Below are positions 55,027 through 64,000 of a DNA stretch of 64,000 nt, piece by piece. The notes under the pieces are model-generated. The model was not told where the DNA came from. It made no database searches and saw only the letters and a list, made by a program, of their open reading frames with translations. Origin of the DNA: a virus; the IMG/VR virus record IMGVR_UViG_3300035670_000034, positions 64,001 through 128,000 of that record. One strand, given 5' to 3'. The position numbers and the translations under genes are program-made. Each line of letters starts with the position of its first letter. Positions within the stretch are counted from its first letter, which is position 1.

Positions 55027-55488
55027 ATGACAGAAGAAGAAATCGGCAAATTTATTAAAACCTTGTACTACACGTACGACCGGGTACTTGTCCCCAAGGA
55101 AGTCAAAGAGTTCAGCACGGCATGGAAGCCATACGTGGGCGAGTTTGACTATGAACTCGCCCAACAATTATTGCCCAACATTTGTATGGGTAAAGAATTT
55201 CCCCCACGGCCATGGGAGGTTAGAGTTTTCCTCGTAAATTACACCAAACAAATTACCCCTGCTCCATCACCCCAAGAAGCGTGGGGACAGTACCAAGAGA
55301 TAATGGCAGCAGTCACGAACGGGACTTCCGCAAACGTACGGATACATGATGCGTTGGTTGCGACCCTAAAGGCCATGGGGGGTATAGGGCTCAACAACCA
55401 GTTCGACGCCAAGCGATTTGAAGAACTTTACAAGGATAAGGTTAACCAATGGATGAAGAACACGTACTGGATGGGCGATAAGCAATGA
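55027..55488 (+). CDS. Putative helicase loader/inhibitor (G39P-like)
   Basis: MTEEEI..FI..L...Y...AW...VGEFDYE...L...GKEFPP; adjacent to initiator-like gene. Confidence 0.6.
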   Translation: MTEEEIGKFIKTLYYTYDRVLVPKEVKEFSTAWKPYVGEFDYELAQQLLPNICMGKEFPPRPWEVRVFLVNYTKQITPAPSPQEAWGQYQEIMAAVTNGTSANVRIHDALVATLKAMGGIGLNNQFDAKRFEELYKDKVNQWMKNTYWMGDKQ

Positions 55489-55606
55489 CAAAACGACAAA
55501 AAAATGAAAAGACTGACACGGGCGCAGCACTTCTCTCACTTTTTGCCCTTTTGGCAATAACCACGGGATTTGCGATTCTGTTCGTATTGACCTTCTAGTG
55601 ATGTCC

Positions 55607-55768
55607 ATGAAGCGCAATGTCGGCAGACCCCCAAAGACCCCAACAGGGGAAAAGGTCGCCTTGACCCTCAAACTTCCTTCTGGGGTGAAGGCCAAGTTGA
55701 TAGCCGATGCCGATGCGGTTGGTTTAACCTTGACCGACTACCTGATTGCCCTTATCCAGCGAGGCTGA
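55607..55768 (+). CDS. 53-aa RHH protein with GRP (AT-hook-like) N-terminus
   Basis: MKRNVGRPPK...LTLKLPSGVKAKLIADADAVGLTLTDYL. Confidence 0.7.
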   Translation: MKRNVGRPPKTPTGEKVALTLKLPSGVKAKLIADADAVGLTLTDYLIALIQRG

Positions 55769-55769
55769 C

Positions 55770-56111
55770 ATGGCCGAGCCTCAAAGAGCCAAATACGAAG
55801 ACCGCCTATACAACGTCGGCATACGAATATCAGGCAAACAAAAGAACCTCATTATTGACCATGCCAAATCAAAGGGTATTTCTGTATCCCAATTAATTGA
55901 GTACGCCGTTTGGGAGTTCATCAGAAACGACAAGGGAATCCCTTCCCCCGGCCCTTCTCAGTTCGCCAAGATAAACGAAGCCGATGAGATACGTGCCTAC
56001 CTGACGGGTGTGAACCTATTGCAACCCTGCGGACAGTTGACCTGCAAACAAGAAACTGTGATGTTTCAAGGCATGGAGTTCTGCGAAACCTGCAATCTGA
56101 GGATTGGTTAA
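55770..56111 (+). CDS. RHH protein with C-terminal Zn motif
   Basis: VGIRISGKQKNLII.HAKSKGISVSQLIE; CGQLTC...FCETC. Confidence 0.7.
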   Translation: MAEPQRAKYEDRLYNVGIRISGKQKNLIIDHAKSKGISVSQLIEYAVWEFIRNDKGIPSPGPSQFAKINEADEIRAYLTGVNLLQPCGQLTCKQETVMFQGMEFCETCNLRIG

Positions 56112-56425
56112 TCGCCCCACATTTGAGCCAAAGTCGGCCTTGTGGGTCTTAATCCTCTTTTTCTTTGTTCTGCTGCCAGTTGTCTTGAAGTCAGTCCTGC
56201 CCATACCCCATGCATGTCTGCGGGTGGAAATTGCAAGGCATAATCCAAGCAATACCTTTGCACCAAGCAAGCACGGCATATGGCTCTTGCCTGTGCTATG
56301 TAGGTAATATCCTTATGTTCTTTGGGAAACATTAGTTTGGTCTTTCCCTTACAGTTAGCCATGTCCATCCACTTGTCGCCGTGTATATACGGTGCTGGAG
56401 TTACTTCTACCTTTTTCTTTGCCAT
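56108..56425 (-). CDS. whiB: WhiB-family transcription factor (second copy)
   Basis: WMDMANCKG...MFP...ARAICRACLVQRYCLDYAL...GVWAGLT. Confidence 0.92.
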   Translation of the reverse strand: MAKKKVEVTPAPYIHGDKWMDMANCKGKTKLMFPKEHKDITYIAQARAICRACLVQRYCLDYALQFPPADMHGVWAGLTSRQLAAEQRKRGLRPTRPTLAQMWGD

Positions 56426-56440
56426 ATAAATTTATCCAAA

Positions 56441-57073
56441 TTAATATTTGGACTTGCTCTCTTTCCTGGTGTCTTGTATGTGCACATGGTACGGGCTCCC
56501 CGTATAAGGGTCAAACCGTGCTGCTGCTGCAAGGGCCTTTAGCGCCTGCTGTCTAGCCTTTTGAATATTCGGGCGCCCGCGAGCCGCCAAAGCATGCAAA
56601 GCCCCCATTGCGTATTGGGCTCCAGTTCCTATCGCATAGGTGCCATTGACATCCGAATACCACGAGTAATCCCCATCCACTGTGTACAGGGTTCCGTTTA
56701 CTGCCACTATTACAGAACTGCCCATTTCAGCCATATGGGTCTTTAAGTCATTATCGGGCATTGCGTACCCCTGCTGTTCAAAGCACTCTCGTAGTGCAGG
56801 GATAAATTTGACCGTAAAGAAGTGGTCGAGTTTCTTCCCTTTTAAATTAGGCGGCGCTGTTGGTGGCTGGAATGCATGATGCAGGATGTTGATGGCCCGC
56901 ACGTCCCCAGCCGCCCCTATCAAGTACCTGCCATTTGACTGGACCTTCCCAGTGCCCTCACGCATGGTAACCACCTGCGTCACGTAGCCGTGTTCGTCTA
57001 CATCTGAAACCTGGGAGTCAGTGCAAATGAGAGCAAAGGTATCTCCCTGTATCCCAACAATTGTTGTCATCAC
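56441..57073 (-). CDS. HslV/proteasome-beta-like Ntn threonine protease
   Basis: N-terminal TTIVGI...TDSQVS...GKV...IGAAG...AIGTGAQYAMGAL...DPYTG. Confidence 0.85.
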   Translation of the reverse strand: MMTTIVGIQGDTFALICTDSQVSDVDEHGYVTQVVTMREGTGKVQSNGRYLIGAAGDVRAINILHHAFQPPTAPPNLKGKKLDHFFTVKFIPALRECFEQQGYAMPDNDLKTHMAEMGSSVIVAVNGTLYTVDGDYSWYSDVNGTYAIGTGAQYAMGALHALAARGRPNIQKARQQALKALAAAARFDPYTGSPYHVHIQDTRKESKSKY

Positions 57074-57261
57074 TCCTGCCCGTTCAGTCTTTTTTCGTAA
57101 AACTCAATACCGGCAGGGGTCGCCTTGTATAACCACTCGCCGTTTTCATCTATGCCAACTATTTCTATGTATTTCTTGTCAACAAGTTCTTCCAAGGCTT
57201 CCTTGATGTGCTCCATGATTTGCTCATCATCCCCCCAGAACTCATCCCCAAGGGTGGACAT
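57070..57261 (-). CDS. Small winged-helix-like protein
   Basis: ALEELVDKKYIEIVGIDENGEWLYKAT. Confidence 0.65.
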   Translation of the reverse strand: MSTLGDEFWGDDEQIMEHIKEALEELVDKKYIEIVGIDENGEWLYKATPAGIEFYEKRLNGQE

Positions 57262-58460
57262 CAGTCTTTATCTGCGGCGTACTCTTTGCCGCGCAGAATT
57301 CCCCTACCCTCAAATATCCACATTGGTTCATAGTTGAACCATTCCCTACCAACACCAAATGGTTGATACTGAACGATTGCCAAACCCTGTTGCCAGTTTT
57401 CGCTTCCCTTGACAATGGGTCTACCAAAGTGGTCGCTACCAGAGTTCGTAGAGGGAACCACTCCATCAGTGCGGCACAAACAGCCAGGACTAGATGCCAT
57501 AACAGTACGCGGCCCGTTCGGGCTACGCCGTGTTCTATACAGGGTTTCAATTCTGTGTATGTGACCGTATATCAGAGACTGATGAGCATCGTTAAGGTAC
57601 TTTGCTGCAGTTGAGCCGTTGGAGTTAACTTTGTGGCCGTGAACGACCATCAAATTGCTATTGATGAAATAAGCATTTTCTGGATATCCAACCAGATACT
57701 GAACGTCAAAGTCTTCCATTCGACAAAGGAATGGAACAGAGTTAACGGGGAACTTGTCCCTATCGGAGTACTTGTCCTTGCCCCTGGTGACTCCTGAGGT
57801 TGGAGATGCGAAGTTATCAAGATACTTATGAAGGCGGGCTTCATGGTTACCCTCAAGCCACACAATTTCGGCAAATGGGGCGGCGCGGCGCAATTCCCGG
57901 CACAATTCAGCAGCCCTATCAATGGCTGGCTGAACCATGTTCCTGAATGGCATACGGTTCAGATACTTGCCAAAGTCGGCAAAATCAAGATTGTCGCCGT
58001 TCATGATTATCTTTGAGGGCTTGATATCACGAATAACGGCCACGGCAACGGCCAAAGCCTTTTCGTCGTGAATTGGCTCTAGTTCTACCTTGTTGGGGTC
58101 AACTGATTTGTCGTAGTAACCGATTTGTATATCAGGCAGTATTACTGCCGTTTCCCACCCACCGGGGTCGACCTTTTTTGCCTTTGACTTTTGTCGTTTA
58201 ATTTGTTCTTGTATCTGGGCTCGTTCCAGCAAGGAACCAGGGCCACCCTCAAACGTTGGGCTCAAGACGACCTGGTATGTCGTGGTCTGTTTCTCCGTCC
58301 CCTTTTCCTCATCATGCACCGACCTACCGGTAACGGCAACCTTTTTGATTGAGCCGATATCGTTTAGATTGAGTCCACTGGTATCCAGCATCTCCTTGAT
58401 TGCTTTCACAGTATTTTCTTTATGACTCTCTTTAACGAGGTCTTTTAGTTTTTTGTTCAT
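57261..58460 (-). CDS. Calcineurin-like metallophosphoesterase
   Basis: LPDIQ; NGDNLD; EGNHE; VHGH; GHIHR. Confidence 0.88.
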   Translation of the reverse strand: MNKKLKDLVKESHKENTVKAIKEMLDTSGLNLNDIGSIKKVAVTGRSVHDEEKGTEKQTTTYQVVLSPTFEGGPGSLLERAQIQEQIKRQKSKAKKVDPGGWETAVILPDIQIGYYDKSVDPNKVELEPIHDEKALAVAVAVIRDIKPSKIIMNGDNLDFADFGKYLNRMPFRNMVQPAIDRAAELCRELRRAAPFAEIVWLEGNHEARLHKYLDNFASPTSGVTRGKDKYSDRDKFPVNSVPFLCRMEDFDVQYLVGYPENAYFINSNLMVVHGHKVNSNGSTAAKYLNDAHQSLIYGHIHRIETLYRTRRSPNGPRTVMASSPGCLCRTDGVVPSTNSGSDHFGRPIVKGSENWQQGLAIVQYQPFGVGREWFNYEPMWIFEGRGILRGKEYAADKD

Positions 58461-58732
58461 TTATTGCCAGCCTTAAAAGAAGGGCAGGCTCTGCTGCCGT
58501 TAATGCACTCCCTACGAGCCTCGCCTAATTGAAACCGTGAAAGTTTCAACCCCTCCGAGGTAATGGCGTCGGTTATTGCTTTTATTGAAACTGAAGAATG
58601 CATTACATCCGTAAATGCCTGCTTTGTTTCATCGTCCATATCTTGGTAGGCATTACAAACAGCACATCTATTGCGCAATTCGTTCTCTTTGAGACGTTTG
58701 AAAATTTCGCTGAGTTTGTCGTTGTTGTTCAT
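58457..58732 (-). CDS. Hypothetical protein with CxxC
   Basis: ATGA overlap with downstream gene. Confidence 0.7.
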   Translation of the reverse strand: MNNNDKLSEIFKRLKENELRNRCAVCNAYQDMDDETKQAFTDVMHSSVSIKAITDAITSEGLKLSRFQLGEARRECINGSRACPSFKAGNK

Positions 58733-58800
58733 GTGGCCCCCATGTGATTGATGGTGCACACATAATAGACCATCTGTGCTACGCTGTGCTGCAATTCTCT

Positions 58801-59232
58801 ATGCCAGACGAAAAAACAGAGAAACTAAAATTGGCCCTTCGTGACTCGCTTGGCAGCGCCGCGAGCGAGGAAGTTATACAAGGAATTCTTCAAACACTTG
58901 ACAAACAGAAGGTGTTTCGTTACCACAACGAGAACGTGGTTAATTTGTTGTCCACCCCAGGAAGAGTTCTTTGCGCAATCATGGAGGACAATAGCATGAC
59001 CCTTCGGGCGCTTGCCGTTTACCTCGACATGAGCGAAACGATGATTGACAAGACGGTAAAACTGCTTGTTGAATCAGGGCTTATTACAAAGACAAAAGTG
59101 AATCGACAAAATTTTTACAAAGTCCACACTGAGGCGGTCATAAAACACCCTGATATACAGCACATACTTGGGGCCACGAGCATCAATAAAGAATTGCCAA
59201 AACGGCAGGTTGTTGATAACGACCTGTTTTGA
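58801..59232 (+). CDS. MarR/ArsR-like winged-HTH protein
   Basis: MTLRALAVYLDMSETMIDKTVKLLVESGLITK. Confidence 0.75.
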   Translation: MPDEKTEKLKLALRDSLGSAASEEVIQGILQTLDKQKVFRYHNENVVNLLSTPGRVLCAIMEDNSMTLRALAVYLDMSETMIDKTVKLLVESGLITKTKVNRQNFYKVHTEAVIKHPDIQHILGATSINKELPKRQVVDNDLF

Positions 59233-59236
59233 TAGG

Positions 59237-59602
59237 ATGTTACCGATGGGTAATCAAATAATTAGACAGAGAGTTCAGCATGGTTCGCTGGGTTACCAGA
59301 TTTTGAACTATGCCAGATTTAGGTCCAGACAAATGGATGGGACTTTTTCAATTCAGGAGTACCAAGAATTTAGGTACAACAGAGTAAAACCGTCCTACGT
59401 GAGCAGGGCCATTAACAGCCTTGTGAAGAATAAGCATTTACAGAAATTGCCAAACAACAGGTACAAATTTACAGATACCGGAGTCTTGGACGAATTGGGT
59501 ATTTTGTACAAAGACACACTATGGGTGAAGGTAAAAAGCAGCAAAAAGCGCTACAGCAAAGAGCGACAGGAAATAGAAGACATTCAGTCAGATGATTTCT
59601 GA
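59237..59602 (+). CDS. Winged-HTH protein
   Basis: PSYVSRAINSLVKNKHLQK. Confidence 0.6.
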   Translation: MLPMGNQIIRQRVQHGSLGYQILNYARFRSRQMDGTFSIQEYQEFRYNRVKPSYVSRAINSLVKNKHLQKLPNNRYKFTDTGVLDELGILYKDTLWVKVKSSKKRYSKERQEIEDIQSDDF

Positions 59603-59922
59603 TTTAATTTGGACTCAAGCCAAGCGGCAAATACTTCGTCTGTTTTTGGCATGAACCACAACTGACATTCCTCAACTATTCTCGTATCGCCTATTACGGT
59701 CCAGCAGAGGTCTATCTGCTCTGATGCCGGACACGTGCCAGCATTGCAATCAAGGCCATACCTGCCAACAAAATGTTTAACCAAACACCCATACACAGGG
59801 TCTTTGCATTCGTCATCCCCCTTGTCAGGACAATGTATTTCCATTATCTCAAGTTCAGATTTCCAAATACGTAACCTAATAAAATGGCCATCATCATGCC
59901 ACGTCATCGTTTGGTCAATCAT
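59584..59922 (-). CDS. Cys-rich hypothetical protein
   Basis: HCP...C...GCLV...CNAGTC. Confidence 0.7.
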   Translation of the reverse strand: MIDQTMTWHDDGHFIRLRIWKSELEIMEIHCPDKGDDECKDPVYGCLVKHFVGRYGLDCNAGTCPASEQIDLCWTVIGDTRIVEECQLWFMPKTDEVFAAWLESKLNQKSSD

Positions 59923-59931
59923 GTGACCAGA

Positions 59932-60117
59932 CTAGTCCTTTTGGGTTTTACCTACAGGACCGTGTAAATCGTGGGTTCTCAATGGGTGCCCAATTGGCAA
60001 ACGAGTTCTTTTCTTGCCAGCCTTTGTTCCAGAAACTGTTTCCATCTGTTTTGTCAGATAGTTAAACCTTGTTCTTTGCTGAGCGCCGCGACTTACTCTT
60101 TTATTCTTTTTACCCAT
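59932..60117 (-). CDS. Small basic protein
   Basis: 61 aa, K/R-rich. Confidence 0.55.
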   Translation of the reverse strand: MGKKNKRVSRGAQQRTRFNYLTKQMETVSGTKAGKKRTRLPIGHPLRTHDLHGPVGKTQKD

Positions 60118-60134
60118 AGACAGACCTTATAAAT

Positions 60135-60395
60135 TTATTTCTTTTTGGCCGTCTTCTTTTTGCGATGGGCATCAGCATCGCCCATGTGTGCATCAAGTTT
60201 AGCATCAATAACAGCAAGGTCTTCGTCAAGGTATTCAATTTCCAAAGCAACTTCCTCGAGTTTTTCCATCACCATTCCATGGTCTCGGACGTTCTCTTCG
60301 CGGCTCTTTTTGACTTGATACACAACAGTCACAAAGCCAATCAATGCAACGACAATGATGCCGAATGTCTCGATGAGTGAGTTGGCAATATCCAT
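60135..60395 (-). CDS. Single-TM coiled-coil protein (holin-like accessory)
   Basis: N-terminal TM, immediately downstream of endolysin. Confidence 0.65.
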   Translation of the reverse strand: MDIANSLIETFGIIVVALIGFVTVVYQVKKSREENVRDHGMVMEKLEEVALEIEYLDEDLAVIDAKLDAHMGDADAHRKKKTAKKK

Positions 60396-61271
60396 TTACA
60401 TCCCCAAAAGTTCTTGTGCCTTCTTGCCGACTCTAGGGCCAGCAGGAAGTTTGTTGGCTGCCTTGAACTTCTTGACCGCTTCAGATGTCTTTGGGCCGAA
60501 GTCTCCGTCGCAATTTGCCTGGTAAAACCCCTTTTCCTTTAGTTTTTCTTGCAGGAGTCTTACTCTTTCTCCTTTTGCGCCTGGGGCTAGTTCCTCGTCC
60601 GCTTTTTCTGTTGCTGGTGCCGCTGGCTTTGGGGCTTGCGCCTTTGGCGCTTCGGCTTTTGGGGCTTCTGCTTTTGGCGTTTCTTTTCCAGGGACTGGTG
60701 GAGTAATTCCATTCTTTGCCATGTACTCAACTACCGCTGCTGGCGGATTGTCGCCTTCCGTGTAGCGCAGGTGCCATGGCTCCTCAGGGACAACTTCCCA
60801 ACTGAATCCAAACTTGCGAACGTTGTTGACAAGCCATTGAAGTCTCTTTGGCTCTGCTGCAGTGTGCACGTCAACAGCCAAACCGCTGTTGTGCTGAGAG
60901 GTGCCAGGTGCAGCAAGGCTCGCCAACTTCGGCGACTTCTTGTACCACTTCACGCCTTGAAACGTTCTCGTTGAAGCGCCAGGAATTGGTTCCTTCTGAT
61001 AGCGCGTAAGAAACGCACTCAACTGGCTTGCAAACGTTCTGTAGGTATCACCAGCAGAAACTGGCTTAAGAAGGATTCCGTCTTTTTCCGCGGCTTCACA
61101 CATTGCTGCCCACGCTGCTGCTGCCAACCAGTGCAACTGTCCACAGGGCTTGCCGCCCTCGCCGCGCGCTGGCCTTAGAAGATGACCAGGAAGTTTTCCT
61201 GGCTCAGTACCCTTGAGGTCTGCTGGCTGCTTTACTGGAACAACAATATCCCAAATAACTTTACTCGGCAT
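60396..61271 (-). CDS. Endolysin: M15B (VanY-like) D,D-peptidase + peptidoglycan-binding domain
   Basis: YRT...SQHNSGLAVD...EEPWHLRY; AEAPK linker; GERVRLLQEKL...DGDFGPKTSEAVKKFK. Confidence 0.9.
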   Translation of the reverse strand: MPSKVIWDIVVPVKQPADLKGTEPGKLPGHLLRPARGEGGKPCGQLHWLAAAAWAAMCEAAEKDGILLKPVSAGDTYRTFASQLSAFLTRYQKEPIPGASTRTFQGVKWYKKSPKLASLAAPGTSQHNSGLAVDVHTAAEPKRLQWLVNNVRKFGFSWEVVPEEPWHLRYTEGDNPPAAVVEYMAKNGITPPVPGKETPKAEAPKAEAPKAQAPKPAAPATEKADEELAPGAKGERVRLLQEKLKEKGFYQANCDGDFGPKTSEAVKKFKAANKLPAGPRVGKKAQELLGM

Positions 61272-61273
61272 GG

Positions 61274-61534
61274 CTAAACTTCCTCTTTGGCTACTTTCTT
61301 TACTGATTTGTCTACTTGATTAAAAACTTGATTAATTTCTTCAACGCTGAGTTTGCCATCGTCGAGGAACGCTCTTGAGAGTCCTTCGATTACTGTGGCT
61401 ACGCCAGCAATTCCAGCCATGAAAACGGCTTTCCAAAGCGGAACTCCAGCAATTGTTCCAGCGCCAATGACACCAAGACCACTTGCAGCAAACGTTGCGA
61501 GAATTCTTAAAAGGATGTTCTTAAGTTGTTCCAT
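61274..61534 (-). CDS. Holin-like two-TM protein
   Basis: MEQLKNILLRILATFAASGLGVIGAG...; TAATG overlap; upstream of endolysin. Confidence 0.7.
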   Translation of the reverse strand: MEQLKNILLRILATFAASGLGVIGAGTIAGVPLWKAVFMAGIAGVATVIEGLSRAFLDDGKLSVEEINQVFNQVDKSVKKVAKEEV

Positions 61535-64000
61535 TAATCTTCCTTCTTCCACATCACCAAGTAGTAGTGGGCCGCAAAAGCAAGCAATGAAGCAATGATT
61601 GCCACACTTCTTGTAAAGCCAGACAAGGTCACCCAGAGGATGATTGACGACGAGATGGTAAACCCAATCCCGGCCGTTTCGTAGCCAAACTTTTTGAGAA
61701 ACTGTTTCATGCTGAACTTTCTTATTCCATTTACATATATCCACATGGAAATGGTGTCTAGCCATTCCCTGAGGTCGGTGGCTTCTATTTCACCAGCCTC
61801 TTCTTCTTCCTCTTCTTCCCGTCTAGCAGCATCATTGGGGTTTGAATTGGTAGAAGAACTGCCACCAATATTACCACTAGATGAAGCCATCATGGCTGTG
61901 GCAGCGGTTGCCTGAAGGGCAGCAACGGCTATTACTGACCTTCTGGTACCGACATCAATGGTAGAACCCAAAGCGACGTAGGTATCAAAGGCCCCAGCAA
62001 ACACGTTGATTGCTTCTTCAAATGCACCCCTAATCTCCTGTGATGCTTCTTGAACTGCGGCAACAATTGCCAATCCTTCTTCTGTGCTCAATTCACCTTC
62101 ATCAACAGCCGAAAAAATTTCCTCGGCCTGAGAAACGTCAATAGATGCAAGAACTGCTGGCTCTGACGCCAGCGACACGGCAACCGTCTCACTAACGCCA
62201 GACTCGATTACTAAAGCAACAACAGCAGCAATTTCCTCCTTGTCTTCTTCGGTTAATTCCTCAACGGATTTGTTTTCAACAATGTCATCAATTACAGACT
62301 CAACTATTTCGGCTGCTTCTTCTTCCGATGCCTCGGCAATTGCGTCTGCAAGTTCTTCTGTCTCAATGGGCTCTTCTTGCGTTGTTTCATCTGATGGTTC
62401 TTGTATTTCGTCTTCGCTCTCTTGTGAAATTTCACCATTGTCTTGCTCAGTTTCTCCGCTTCCCTGCGGTTCGGTTGGTTCATCTGAATCTGGTGTATCA
62501 GGCGTTGTAGTTTCAGTATCCTCCTTCGGGCTTGGAATACTTGTATTTGTAGTTTCTGTATCTGGTTCATCTTCCTCTATCTCTTCTGGTTCGGTGGTTG
62601 GGGTTGTTTCTTCTGGTGTTTCTTCTTCTGGTTCTGTTTCTTCTGGGATGGTGGTCTCAGGAACTATTGTGCCGATGGTCGTCGTCGTTGCATACACGGT
62701 CGTGGTGGTGGGCGCTACATACTCAGTGGTGGTTGTCGTCTGGGGCGGGGTGGCAATAGTCGTAGTTGTGGTAGTGGTCGTGGTAGTGGTCGTAGTGGTA
62801 GTTGTTGGCGCAACAGTCGTAGTGGTCGTTGTTGGCGCAACAGTCGTTGTTGGGGCCGCAGTAGTTGTAGGAGTTGGGTCAATTACCGTTACATCAACAG
62901 TTGCGTATGGGCCATACACACAAGAACCCTGCCCTTCTCCAACACAGGCCGCACTTCCAGCACGGATTTTGAAACGCACCAGACCGTATCCGGTGGTTCC
63001 TGGAAATTGGAATGAACCGACTGTGTACGAAGTGTTTGTGGCATACGTCCAAACTCCCCAACCACCAGATTCAACGCCCTCATTTAAGTCAAACCACGTA
63101 ATCGTGTATATGTGCGGTTCTAGATTGCTGGATGTTGGGGCATCCCAATCCAGAAATACGTTTCCATTTTCATTGGCAGTTCCAATCAAATTTTGAACTT
63201 CATTATAAAAAGGCTGAATTGTTGTCGTGGTTGGCGGAACCGTGGTTGTAGTTGGTGGAACCGTAGTTGTCGGAACAGTCGTTGGAGGGGGGGCAGAAAT
63301 GGAAATTTCCATTGAGTCGCTATAAATTGGATTTGCATTTTGGGTCGGTTCATACTCGACTACATATCCACCAATTCCACCAGCCCAACCCTCTGCTGGA
63401 AGGTCATTCCAACAATTCCCGCCATTCCATTTTGTTACTGCGGCATCTTCATTTCCAGAGTTATTTGGTTCTCCGCCACACCATTTGGTATATTTCCCTT
63501 CAGCGGCAACCCCATTTGATAAGCCATTCCAAATCACCGTCCCCTGTTCTGGGTGCCCATCCTTGGGGTCCAAAACCCACACCCCCTCTGTTTCCCTGTC
63601 TGACAGGGCTATCCAAATGTTGTATGCATTTTGAATTTTAGTTAGTACAAAATTGTGTTCTTCATCAGACGTTATTGTTGCCAAGTAACCCGTAAGGCCA
63701 TTTAATGTTCTGGTTCCAGCATTTGTTCGTGCTTGGATGTATGAAACAGAAGAGGGTACGTATTCATATAAGTGTCCAGTTCCCTCAAAATAAAAAGAAC
63801 CAGATATTTTTTCTTGAACAGAAACTGTCAGAGTAGTTGTTCCAGCAGTGTTGCCAGAATCAAAAGTCAAAGAATCAAGTGCCGCATTTACATTTGCCTG
63901 CGTTCCAGTAAATGACAGCGATGAAACACCAAGCCACGAGTTGTATCCAAACTCTCTTGTTAATCCATTTGTTGTGATTACCGAAAACTTTGCTGCAGTC
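61534..64000 (-). CDS. Large modular surface/adhesin-like protein (cadherin-like, C-type lectin, FN3, Thr-rich mucin-like, acidic, C-terminal TMs); 5' end beyond window
   Basis: Frame open to 64000; GYLATITSDEEH...WIALSD...WCGGEPNN...WNDLP...YVVEY; FN3 VFLDWDAP...Y.F.IRA; T14 run; C-terminal hydrophobic helices. Confidence 0.85.
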   Translation of the reverse strand, partial: TAAKFSVITTNGLTREFGYNSWLGVSSLSFTGTQANVNAALDSLTFDSGNTAGTTTLTVSVQEKISGSFYFEGTGHLYEYVPSSVSYIQARTNAGTRTLNGLTGYLATITSDEEHNFVLTKIQNAYNIWIALSDRETEGVWVLDPKDGHPEQGTVIWNGLSNGVAAEGKYTKWCGGEPNNSGNEDAAVTKWNGGNCWNDLPAEGWAGGIGGYVVEYEPTQNANPIYSDSMEISISAPPPTTVPTTTVPPTTTTVPPTTTTIQPFYNEVQNLIGTANENGNVFLDWDAPTSSNLEPHIYTITWFDLNEGVESGGWGVWTYATNTSYTVGSFQFPGTTGYGLVRFKIRAGSAACVGEGQGSCVYGPYATVDVTVIDPTPTTTAAPTTTVAPTTTTTTVAPTTTTTTTTTTTTTTTTIATPPQTTTTTEYVAPTTTTVYATTTTIGTIVPETTIPEETEPEEETPEETTPTTEPEEIEEDEPDTETTNTSIPSPKEDTETTTPDTPDSDEPTEPQGSGETEQDNGEISQESEDEIQEPSDETTQEEPIETEELADAIAEASEEEAAEIVESVIDDIVENKSVEELTEEDKEEIAAVVALVIESGVSETVAVSLASEPAVLASIDVSQAEEIFSAVDEGELSTEEGLAIVAAVQEASQEIRGAFEEAINVFAGAFDTYVALGSTIDVGTRRSVIAVAALQATAATAMMASSSGNIGGSSSTNSNPNDAARREEEEEEEAGEIEATDLREWLDTISMWIYVNGIRKFSMKQFLKKFGYETAGIGFTISSSIILWVTLSGFTRSVAIIASLLAFAAHYYLVMWKKED

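Noticed and set aside
62240-63196. 318-aa Ser/Val-rich plus-strand ORF
   Set aside because: Antisense mirror of the Thr/Glu-rich low-complexity part of the minus-strand adhesin-like gene
1-64000. Stop-codon reassignment, or introns/inteins in nrdJ, primase or helicase
   Set aside because: Long genes are intact in code 11, all three stops are used as terminators, and no intein or homing-endonuclease insertions are evident

Overview
This window is 64 kb of a large tailed-phage genome, very probably infecting an actinobacterium. That host is inferred from two WhiB genes, an actinobacterial-type SSB and pervasive leaderless gene starts. No integrase, capsid, terminase large subunit or CRISPR array is visible. 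Layout: (i) 1-15.5 kb holds DNA metabolism and auxiliary genes: class II RNR nrdJ running off the left edge and missed by the ORF track, tRNA-Ile(UAU), ParB-like, DUF932, lytic transglycosylase, HTH-WhiB, primase-helicase, SpeD and a SNF2 helicase. (ii) About 15.7-16.8 kb is a non-coding tract built from CATCTAGCCCCGT / CCCCGT repeats. (iii) A 3355-aa polyvalent protein (two zincin HExxH motifs, GNAT, ART-like, DUF2786, HTHs) has its modules separated by nine copies of a G-L-R-S-T-T-like peptide. (iv) 29-50 kb is an array of about 60 small genes organised as cassettes by about 35 near-identical sigma70-type promoters (KTTG-like -35, 17-bp spacer ending CATTATTGCCTG, -10 TAAGGT, start codon 6 nt later). 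A strand-polarised 21-bp element (CTAT-N4-TACGGTGGTGGAA, 14 copies) and three DnaA-box clusters punctuate the array. (v) 50-64 kb holds a MoxR-vWA pair, replication initiator/loader-like genes, a second WhiB, an HslV-like protease, a metallophosphoesterase, a lysis module and a large lectin/mucin-like protein running off the right edge. All family calls come from motif recognition by eye; no database search was run.
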